Source: Dimorphilus gyrociliatus
Taxonomy: Eukaryota; Animalia; Annelida
DNA length: 64,000 nt
Reading direction: 5' to 3'
NCBI GenBank assembly: GCA_904063045.1
Contig: CAJFCJ010000006.1
Location: forward strand, 806,001-870,000
The first letter of the stretch is position 1; each line of letters starts with the position of its first letter. This document shows positions 1 through 10,084 of this stretch, in pieces. A program made the translations under genes and the position numbers. The notes under the pieces were generated by a model. It ran no database searches and was not told the origin of the DNA. It was given only the letters and a program-made list of their open reading frames with translations.

Positions 1-2873
1 AATAAAATTCGAACCAAAATGATACACTCGTACAGTGTCTATTAACTGGAAAAATTCATTTGTCAATCTTATAAAAGAACAATTTTCAGATGAAGAAACA
101 TAGAATTTAAAGATATAGAATATGTTTAAAAGTCAAATAACATAGCATCTTGATTTTTACTTGTAGCAATCCTTTTAGAAGATTCTACATGGACAACATT
201 AGTTTTTCGAAATCTAAGCATATTTCTGATACTATCCCTTAACTCTTTGCGAAATATTAGAAAAACGGCTATATTAAACCATGAATTTGAATACGATATT
301 ATGTAGATGGTATTTTCAGTAATGCGAAATGAGTTGGAGATTGGTCCACAAAAAGATACATACAATCTAACTATTTGAACAGGTAAATTACATAAAATAA
401 ACAGAATTATCAGGACTATAAGCATTTTCATGGACTTTTGTGTATCATCGTCTCGCGAACCATTTTCTTTTAATCTACGGGATAGTGTTTTCAAAACTCT
501 ACTGTAGCAATAAGCAATAATTGTGAGTGGAATTACAAACAGCACAAAAAAATCTAGTATCACAAAGGAACGATTAAATTTCATAAAGTTTGGGTCGAAG
601 GTGCAGGCATGTCTTGAGATTCCATCAGAGCTTGTTACCACGATTAAATCAAAAGTTAATGGAATTTTGATTGAATATATTGTAGCAAATAGCCATATGA
701 GGGAAATGAATAATGCTGACTTTTTCAATGACATCATTTGACTTCCTTTTTCCAAAGCTATGACATTGTATTTTACGATCGCAATACTTGCAATTGATAG
801 CACGCTTGCAACCGAACTTGAAGACGACATATAGTGACACAGCTTACAGAGTATACTTCCCAGGTATTGTTCTGAAAACATTCCTGTTATCCGAGCAGGC
901 ACGACCAGCAAGCCTAAAGATGCTCTTGCCGTCAACAAAGATAACAGAAACAAGTTGCTTACTTGTCTCCTCAGACGCGGATCCTTTGAAATAGAAACTG
1001 CGATGACAATATTTCCAGCAACGATCAAAACTATACATGAACTGTACAAAGTTATAAAAGTATATCGGAAAGTTTCGACTGTCTCAGCTTCAGGTCTTGG
1101 CGAATCGTTTTCATTCATAGTAGTTTCACTTTGTTCTCTAAATTCGGTGGTTACTTGATTTAAAAGCATATTCTGCTCTAAAAGTTTCTCCAGTTGAAGA
1201 AAAACAGCTCAATGAGTACGATGAACGCAAACTGATCGTCAGCAAACACTAATTACAAATCGATGACTTACACATAAAAAAGCATTCCTACATGTTTAAT
1301 GGATCTAGATCTATAATAAATGCGTGTAACAAAGAGACACTATCGAATGCTACAGCCGATATCATGAAAAAAAACTTACTAAAATTGACGGATCGTGATT
1401 TAGGGCTATCCAAGTAATTTTTTTCATTATATCAGGTCGGGCAGTGTGGCCAGTCAGCATTTTAATTTGCTCTGAAAGCATTGATAAACAATTACAAAAA
1501 GATTATGTTTAAAATTATATACCATTGCCAGTAATCGACCAACTGACGATAATGTAAAAGCTGATAAGTATGGCACCAATTGGATCCGTATACGACCACC
1601 ATTTGTAACCTATATAACCGCAAATAAGAGCAACAGAGTTTGAAAGCGTGTCATTTCGATGATCTTCAGCTAATGCTTGGGTTGTAGGAACAGGTACTCG
1701 ACGGCAAGTTAAAAATAAAATCAGTTTGATAATAATTGTCAAAACTAAAATTATAATTGTTGCTATATCGATATTTAAGGTAGATGAATCCTTGGTTGCG
1801 TAATTAATAATTTTTTCTATGGATTCTCTAATCATTTGAACAGATGCTAAAGCCATTACAACTGATAAAATGACAATAGCAATAGGTTCTAGTTTTGTTC
1901 TTCCTCCAGGATAAGAATATATATCTCTTTTTTTCATAACTCTCGAGCTCCACCACATGAGGGCACCACTTGCTAGATCAACAGCTGAGTCTATTGCTGA
2001 CGAAACAACAGATAGAGAACCGGACAAACAAGAAGCAACCACCTTTCCAATTAAAAGCAACTGAAAGTTAAAATATATACATTACTTGTTCGACTGATTA
2101 TGTTTTCAATTACTAAATTAATTCCAAAGGTTATTTTGGCTAAAATATCCGCCCGCTTCCTCATATCTAGAACTTCCTTTGCATTTTCCATAGCATCATC
2201 TACTTCTAAGTGCATCTCTTCGAAACAACGTATCAACTCATTTTGTTCTTTATAGTAGCGTCTATTCAAGATTACAACGCTCTCATATATTCATATACAA
2301 TATAATATATTCTATAAACAAACCGGACATTTTTAGACAATGACTTATTGATTTCTTGTTTTTTAGAAGAAAAGGTTTGAAGGCATGGTCTCCAAGTTGC
2401 TTCTATTTACATAGAAAAACATTTAGGAATTTAACAGTGTTTAGTCAATTGTTAACCTTCATCTATTATTGTTGTCGAACACGGAGCAATCTCCTCAATT
2501 TTAACTTTTCTTCTAGATCCTATGCAGGAATTTGACAATGAGCAAATAGGACTATGTTTAGCTAAAGGAAAAACTTGTGGCTAAAATTTGAGAAGGATTA
2601 AAAGTTTTTTTCTATTTCTAATGTGAATATTTAATAATATGAGTATACCAAAGACATTCTTCGTTCTACATAGGGCCTGGAAGGTTCGTAACTACATGTT
2701 ACATCCTCATGACTTGTGCTACAATTTCTTGATTTTGATGAAACTTCTTTTTTTGATTTATTATCAGTTGAAAGTTCCATGTTGCTCTCACTTGATTGTC
2801 GAACAGGTTGATAATCAACTGAAGATGAAGCATTGTCTCTCGGTGGCCTTAAACCTCCCTGAAGTGCACACAT
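1..2873 (-). CDS. Cation diffusion facilitator (SLC30/MTP family, Mn-CDF-like), 3' partial; at least 7 exons
   Basis: Exons include 2649-2873, 2324-2402, 2114-2261, 1523-2060, 1380-1471 and 1-45, plus one starting at 2580, all with in-phase GT-AG junctions. Motifs: RYYKEQNELI, SAIDSAVDL (TM2), GRTKLEP, DHRND (TM5), GHTARPD..ALNHDPSIL|LIDTVRVYHFGSNF (C-terminal domain). Confidence 0.9.
126..1169 (-). CDS. Intronless class A (rhodopsin-like) orphan GPCR nested in CDF intron 46-1379; alternative start at 1118
   Basis: 347-aa ORF with 7 hydrophobic segments, GN in TM1, TM3 Cys (LCK), LxxIAIVKY at the DRY position, FVIPLTIIAYCY in TM5 and CNLP in TM6. Confidence 0.88.
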   Translation of the reverse strand: MLLNQVTTEFREQSETTMNENDSPRPEAETVETFRYTFITLYSSCIVLIVAGNIVIAVSISKDPRLRRQVSNLFLLSLLTARASLGLLVVPARITGMFSEQYLGSILCKLCHYMSSSSSVASVLSIASIAIVKYNVIALEKGSQMMSLKKSALFISLIWLFATIYSIKIPLTFDLIVVTSSDGISRHACTFDPNFMKFNRSFVILDFFVLFVIPLTIIAYCYSRVLKTLSRRLKENGSRDDDTQKSMKMLIVLIILFILCNLPVQIVRLYVSFCGPISNSFRITENTIYIISYSNSWFNIAVFLIFRKELRDSIRNMLRFRKTNVVHVESSKRIATSKNQDAMLFDF

Positions 2874-4119
2874 TTTAGCTGTTGGTTTGGTATTGTAAGT
2901 GAGCTGACGGCCCTATTATTGGCCTGTAGGCCTTATTAATCTCGACCATATGATGATAAAAGAGTTAATGCCCTTCACCTTCAAGGAAAAAATCGCTATA
3001 AAGTAATGTTCGTATTTTTGCAGAAGTTGCATGGAAAAGCTTTTTAAAATAACCTTATATTAATTTATCATTTTGGACTTGATTACTGTCCTAACATTAT
3101 GAAAATGGATTTTTTATTATATAAAACGTTGTTTATTATTGGTCTAAAAATTTTTGAGATGGCACATTTTGACGAATAGGAGCTCTTGTAAGAGATCACG
3201 TGACTGAAAATATTTAGTATAAATACTCTAAGCATGCGCGTTATTCTCAACCATATTTTGTGGACGTGGTAAGTTTTGTCGAAAAGACAGAATTGTTGAA
3301 TAACATGTAACAACAACCACAATTAAGTTACTAATCATTCTTATTTGAATCTTAGGTAACACGTGAGTTCTTGTTGGCCGGTTTTAGCCGACTACAAGCT
3401 TTGGACGGACTTCACGGACGCAGTACTGTAAGTCTTCTGTTTTTAATTTGATCACTTTTAACTTCCGGTGATTAATTACGATGTTTTGCGTTATTTTTGA
3501 AAACTAGTAACTTTTACTTTGCAATCAGGTCATAAGTTTCTTTTAAAATTCGTGCCATCGAACGTGCCACGTTGCATGTCGCTGGGGTCAAATAGTTTAC
3601 GAGTACGACTTATGAACTTTGCTTCAATTATGTAATCTGTAAACAGCTCGTGTATTTCATACTGGATCAGGATTATCTGATATCTAGAGAATTGTAGATA
3701 AAAGTTAGTTGTTATCTGATCTTCAGAGTAGCTTTAGAGCCCGTTATAGGCTATTACAGGAAAACTATTGAACGTGTCGAATCTTGTAAATTGATTGAAT
3801 CTATAAATAAAGTACGTTGTATCCTTCTACTTGTTTGGCATCACGGAAGTAGGTCTTAGACGTAACCTTAAATAAGGCTATTTTATGTAGGGAACGATAT
3901 CTTTAAAGTAGGCCGCCATTCTCTGAACATCTGCCTTTCGAACACGGTTGCCACGTCGTAGAAATCGATGACTGTGATCGACGCTTGTTCAAGACAAGTG
4001 AAATAAGGCCTACAAGTTAAAATTTGTTTTCGGATTTTGAATTTCTTTTTCACACGTACACGTAATGTATTGTTTTGCATTTCAGCGAGTACTGTAGAAC
4101 TAGAACCCGGTCACCGGTT

Positions 4120-7100
4120 ATGAGTACGGATATGGATTCGATGGTAGATGGTGTAAAGGATGAGAAGTGCGTGCATAGGTATGGCGATGCTTTTCCGCCC
4201 CTACCCAGTACGTCTCCTAGTCCGGAGAATACCAATAGTGAGGGAAATTGGACGAAATCTCCAGCAGCTCCGAAGATGTCGCTAAGGTCGTCGACCGTTA
4301 CGCAAGTCTTTCAGGTTCCGCTGGAGGAAAGACGTTTCAAGGATGCAGGAGCTGAAAATTGTTCCTGGGGAAACAGTAATCATAGTAGCACTGAACAAGC
4401 TCGCGTATGTGGAGATATTATGAAAAGCTTCAACGTTTCTATAGAGCTTTCTTCTGGAAAAGATCGATCACTGACAGTTGTTATAACTGGAAAGAATGAT
4501 GCTGTAATGAAGGCAAGAAGAGAGGTTTTAAATAAACTACAAACACCCTGGAAACAACAGATGCACATACCCAAGGAACATCATCGTTTCATTCTTGGTC
4601 CAAAAGGGGCTCGTCTCCAAAAGCTCGAATTAGATACAGCCACTAAGATACAAATGCCCCGATCCGATGAACCATCCGATGTCATAATGCTAATCGGAAC
4701 TAAAGAAGGAGTTGAAAAGGCAAGACACGAAATTCAATTAATATCTGACGAACAAGCAAAATTAGCAATGGAGCGTCTTCCCATCCCGAAAGTTTTTCAC
4801 CCATTTATCCAAGGTCCCGGAAATAGAACCGTGAGCGATTTAACGAATAGTTATGGTGTGCGCATATCCATTCCGCCGTTGTCGGTGAACAAAGACGAAA
4901 TCGTTATTTCTGGAGAAAAGGAAGGTGTGAAAAAGGCCGCCGAATATGTTAAAATGTTATTTGAGGACAAACGCAAAAACTGCCAAACTGTTTCAGTTGA
5001 AGTAAGAAAGTCTCAACACAGATATGTTTTGGGGGTTCGTGCAAGCGGAATACACGAAATTCTTGAGGCAACTGGAGTCAGTGTGGAGGTTCCACCAACT
5101 GATAATGCCTCGGAAACAATAACTTTGAGAGGAGATCCTCAGAGCCTTGGGGCAGCACTTTCCCAAGTTTATGCCAGAGCTAATAGCGTTGTTGTTAGAG
5201 TTGTTGAAGCACCTTCTTGGTTACATCGTTTTATTATCGGAAAAGGTGGCGACAACATCAAGGCTATATCTTCAGATATACCTAAAGTTCACATAGAATT
5301 TATAGACGATCAGGACAAAATTAGCATCGAAGGTCCACCTGATGAAGTAAATCAAGCCGAACAGTCCTTGCGTACCATCATAAGTCGCTTACTACAAAGC
5401 ATGTCTTATGAAGAAGTGAAAATAGACCAGAAGTATCATAGATATGTGATTGGACAGAAGGGAGCAAATGTTAACAGACTAAAAACCGAATTGGGCGTGG
5501 CAGTAAGAGTTCCGTCCGATTCTGAAAAGAGCGATGTGATTAGAATTGAAGGCAGCCCAGTTGGAGTAGAAACAGCTCGAAAACAAATTTTGGATATGGT
5601 GGAAAAAGTGGCTAATGAAAAATCTAGAGATATCATCATTGAACAACGCCTCCACAAACAACTAATTGGCTCTGGTGGAAAGAATATTCAAGAAATAAGA
5701 GACAAGTTTAACAACTTACAAATTACTTTCCCAGAACCAAATAAAGTAAGCGAGATTGTAACGCTTCGTGGACCGAAAAATGATGTAGATGGCTGCTACA
5801 ATTATTTACTGAAATTCGCACGGGATATTGCTGAAGCTAATTTTACAGCTGAAGTAAGAGTTTACAAACAATTTCACAAGAATGTAATTGGAAAGGGCGG
5901 AGCAACTATTCGTCAAATTCGAGAAGACACTAACACGAAAATTGAACTACCATCTGAACGAGCGGAAACTGATATGATTAAGATTACCGGAAGAAAAAAG
6001 GATGTTGAGGCAGCTAGAAAGCGTATTGAAGACATACAAAATACACAGGCTAACATGGTGGAAGATACCGTTACTATATCACAAAAATTACACAATTCAC
6101 TAATTGGAGCAAGAGGACGCTTAATTAAGGCTATAATGGACGAACACGGTGGAGTTCAGATTCATTTCCCTGTTGAGGGCGCAAAATCTGACATCGTTAC
6201 TTTGCGTGGACCTAAGGAAGATGTAGCTTCAGCGAAGAAAGCTTTGATTGAAGCTGCCAACGAAAAAGCATCCCAGTCTCATACGGCAGAAGTGAGATGC
6301 AAAGCCGAATACCACCAATTTTTGATCGGTAGACGAGGTACAAAGGTGGCGGAAATTAGAGATAAGACTGGAGCAAGAATTATATTCCCAGCTCGCGACG
6401 ATAAGGTAAGTCAATATTTTGCTGCTTTGATACAATTAATATAGCAATTGTTTCTAATTTGCATTTCTCAATAGGACCAGGTCATCACTGTAATCGGAAC
6501 TGAAAAAGCTGTCGAAGAGGCACGAAAAGAATTGGAAGCAAGAATTGCGGCCTTGGATAATGTGATAGAATCAACTATTGATGTTGCGCCACAGTATCAC
6601 AAACACTTTCTGGCTAAACGTGGTGAACAATTGCGTTTGATCGCTGATGAATATGGTGGAGTTAGTGTTTCATTCCCCCCACCTAATTCTGGAAAATCGG
6701 TTGTTGGATTAAAAGGAGCTAAAGATTGCGTTGAAGGTGCAAAAAAACGCATTCAAGAGATGGTTGAAGATCTCGAAGCCCAGGTTACGATTTCTTGCGT
6801 CATTGCACAAGAACATCATCGCTCGGTTATGGGGGCAAGAGGCTCGAATGTACAAAAGATAGCTACGGACTTTGGTGTTCTCATCAAATTCCCGGATAGA
6901 CCGGAAAGAAACGTGAATGGTGATGTCCCAGTTGATAATGGAACAGAAAAGCATGATGCCATTTCGATTACGGGTAGAAGTGAAAAATGCGAAGAAGCAA
7001 GTAAAGCCTTGAAAGCGCTTGTCCCAATTACTAAAGAAGTTAATGTTATTCAAACCATGCATCGTTACATCATTGGCAAAGGAGGTGAAGGAGTAAAGCG

Positions 7101-7911
7101 TATAATGCAAAATCACGAAGTACAAATTGCAGTACCGACAGCTGGCGATCCAAGCGATGCCATAAAGATAACTGGTGTAGAAAAAGCTGTTAATGAGGCC
7201 ATTACTGCAATTGAGGATCGTGTTAAGCAGCTGGAACTCGAAGAAGAGGAACGACAACGCAAGTCATTCCAAGTTGAAGTTGTTGTTGATCCAAAATACC
7301 ATCCAAAAATTATTGGAAAGCGTGGCTCTGTTGTTACAAAGATTCGTGATACCCATGACGTCCAAATACAATTTCCAGACAAAAAGAATGCCCAAAACCC
7401 TGATACCATTGTAATTACAGGATACGAGGAGAAGTGCTCAGCCGCTCGTGACGAGATTTTGGCTATTGTTAAAGAACTAGAAGAACAGTACATTGTTGAA
7501 ATTGAACTTGATCACCGAGTTCATCCTCGTATAATTGGGATCCGTGGAAAATCCCTCAGAAAGATCATGGATGACTTCAAAGTGGATATTCGCTTTCCAG
7601 GACGTGACGCATCAACACCAGATTTAGTAACCATCACCGGAAATGAAGATGACGTATATGATTGCCGCGAATGTCTGCTGAACATGGCGGAAGAGTACCT
7701 ACAAGATATTGTTGAAAAAGAGGCGCTCGATAAGTACCGTTATCCTAAGGACACAGTTAATTCAAATGCAAAGAGTGATAGCGAGGGATTCAGGGTTATA
7801 GATGCACCCTGGAGTGCTCCAGACACTAATAGTACTACGGATTTCCCTGATCTGGCGTCGGCTTCCGCTCCCCGCACAACTCCGACATGGGGGCCGTCTG
7901 TTAAGCGTTGA
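4120..7911 (+). CDS. HDLBP: Vigilin (multi-KH-domain RNA-binding protein); join(4120..6405,6475..7911)
   Basis: Tandem KH repeats with GxxG loops (HRFILGPKG, HRFIIGKGG, HKNVIGKGG, HPKIIGKRG). Single phase-0 intron AAG|gtaagt...aatag|GAC. C-terminal APDTNSTTDFPDL motif. Confidence 0.96.
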
Positions 7912-8036
7912 ACTGTGCTCAAATTATTGTTTTATGTTTGGCGTTGATTCTTGTTACTAATGATATAAAGCAACAACAAACTTGACGACGCTGCTGCATA
8001 TCAGCTGTCTGCATTCGCTAGCACTCTATCCCGTCA

Positions 8037-8071
8037 ATATATACATATATGCTATATATATTTATATATAT
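8037..8071. repeat. Imperfect (TA)n microsatellite downstream of the vigilin stop
   Basis: Visible TA-dinucleotide run. Confidence 0.75.
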
Positions 8072-8176
8072 GACTTACGTTATTTGCATTCTACATTTAT
8101 GCCTTTCAATGCTGGTGATAAGTTGGTTAAAAAATACAATTAATTATCAATCGGTTATCTTAATTGAATTGTATTC

Positions 8177-8662
8177 TTAGTCATGATTTGAATCTTTAAA
8201 CACAGCGACAGTACATAAATTCTCCTTTTTCAATAACACATTTCTGAAAATACCTGACCGTTAACATATTTAAATCACTTTTAGGATAATACTTTACTTT
8301 GAATCTGTTTCTAAAATAACAACTGGCACCTCAGCTCTGTCTTTTTGAAGTTCCTGCGCCCGATCTGGTATGGCAGACAAAACACTACTAAGTTTGAGTT
8401 CTGTTGATGATGCTTTCTTCGCTATGAAAATATATTCAAATGATAATAATAAATAAAAAGATCAAGTATAATTGTGATCAAATTAGTGTCTAGCTTACAA
8501 GCCAATATCATTCCTTGAGAATCTAGACATACAGCCGCTCTGACATCCTCCTGATGAACTCTAATGAATAAAATATCGCTCATTTTGTATTATTCAAAAT
8601 AAGCATAAGCAGATTAAATTGACTTACAACTCATCTAAATGCCTTTCAATTGGTTTCTCCAT
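8177..8662 (-). CDS. LAMTOR5: Ragulator subunit LAMTOR5 (HBXIP); join(8628..8662,8499..8560,8298..8421,8177..8243), 95 aa; not in the ORF track
   Basis: Spliced translation MEKPIERHLDELVHQEDVRAAVCLDSQGMILASKK...EVPVVILETDSKNVLLKKENLCTVAVFK matches the LAMTOR5 motifs VCxDSQG, PVVxLExD and TVAVxK. All introns are GT-AG and in phase. Confidence 0.88.
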
Positions 8663-8925
8663 ATAATATGTTGATTAAGTTATTTAAATATAATATATAA
8701 AGCAGTCAAATTAATGGTTTCGATATAACAGTTTGAGCTTTATTTTGATCATATGACGGAAAATAATCCGCTTATTTTACCTGCATGCGGTGTCTTTTTT
8801 TCGCGCTCTTTTCGAAAAAGAATGAATGGTAAATAATTTTTTTTTATTTTTAACGAGTTAATTTATTTAGAATATGAAAACAACATTCTGTGATAAAATT
8901 TACAATTGAAATTGTTTTTCCATAG

Positions 8926-9741
8926 CTAATATTCTGGTACATTACTCTTGTCCATGCTAGTATTCAATGAGTGGTTCTTGTACATTCCGCATTGGCCCAA
9001 ATGCTGTAATATATCACATGTTATCAAATTCGTGTGTATAAATTTATTTTTTTAAAGTATTCAAAAGAGAGCTAGCCAATATGGGGGCCGTCTGTTTTTT
9101 TTACCTTCGAAAATTTTTGGGACTTGGCTCTAAAGGTTGTAGGCATGGTGTGAACATTTGGAGGATTAGAGCCATAAGAACTGTTTGTTGTTCGATACAT
9201 CGGATTAACTGTTTTCGACTCGTATCCTCGAAACCAATCTAAAGAGTTAATGAAATTTTAAATTATTACTTTTCTGATGTCGTTTGAAACATTTTGTAAA
9301 TCGAAAAACAAAAGTGTTTCAAAATTATATTGAAGATCTCTTAAATATTGTTAAAAATATGATTTTCAAAGTTTGTCGACATCATTGTTTAGTCGGTTTT
9401 GACATACCGTCATCAGATGAATGAGGAGTCTGCTCGGACTCGACTGGGAGTGTACACGAAAATACAGGATTTCCGGATAGATAACATTTTCCTGTTTGGG
9501 ATAGAAAGTTAAAATTACCCGGGTGTTCGAATCTAGCTGGAATTTCTTTTGTCCTATAGAAATCGGATGTCTTCGCACCTGATGTTTGGAAGTTTGTCTC
9601 TCCGGTAGCGTTGTTAGGAATACTCTGCGCAACTTCAAGTTGATGGCTCTATATTTCACAGAAGGAAGAAACAATAGATTATATTTTATTATATAAGATA
9701 GTTTAGTATTTTTTTACATTTCTTACCGCTGTTTCAGTCAT
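8926..9741 (-). CDS. PIERCE1: Ciliary microtubule inner protein PIERCE1/PIERCE2-like; join(9727..9741,9519..9648,9105..9238,8926..9003), 118 aa; not in the ORF track
   Basis: Translation contains KTSDFYRTKEIPARFEHPDWFRGY..NPMYRTTNSSYGSNPPNVHTMPTTFRAKSQKFSKHLGQCGMYKNHSLNTSMDKS, the PIERCE family signature. Which paralog (1 or 2) is unresolved. Confidence 0.88.
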
Positions 9742-9789
9742 ATTTCCTAGATAAACAACTCGCTCGAACTATTCGTATCTGTTTCCGTT

Positions 9790-9815
9790 GTTGCTAGGGA
9801 ATCCTAGTGACGTCA
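9790..9815. promoter_or_regulatory. RFX X-box-like site (GTTGCTAGGGAAT, 9790-9802) plus CRE (TGACGTCA, 9808-9815) in the PIERCE/TMEM116-like divergent promoter
   Basis: Motif match about 50 bp upstream of the ATG of a ciliary gene. Function untested. Confidence 0.5.
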
Positions 9816-10084
9816 TATAAAACATTTTTTGTTGGTCATTTACAAAAACAAAAATTTAATTAGGTGACTATAAAAATTCTATATAATTATGACTGTAAAA
9901 TTATCTATTTCTTTATTTATTGAAAAATATTTTTCTACGAAAAATAATCTAACCAAAGGCGAAGTAACAACAAGCGGCGCGAGAAACTTGGCCAACCAAA
10001 TGATTTTTTCTAAATACTGTCGATGTACATAGCTTTTGTTGTGTGCGCTTGCTTTAATGCAAAATTTTGATAAGGCAAATAGAA

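Noticed and set aside
2926-4013. 12-bp inverted pair GTAGGCCTTATT / AATAAGGCCTAC flanking the CDF-vigilin promoter, resembling MITE terminal repeats
   Set aside because: A match of this length is expected by chance at this scale, and there is no target-site duplication or second copy.
6709-7493. Long antisense ORFs (182 and 126 aa) opposite vigilin, and similar ones opposite RNF41 (16323-16754), WDR81, INTS4 and CFAP65
   Set aside because: These are shadow ORFs of real coding exons with no family motifs.
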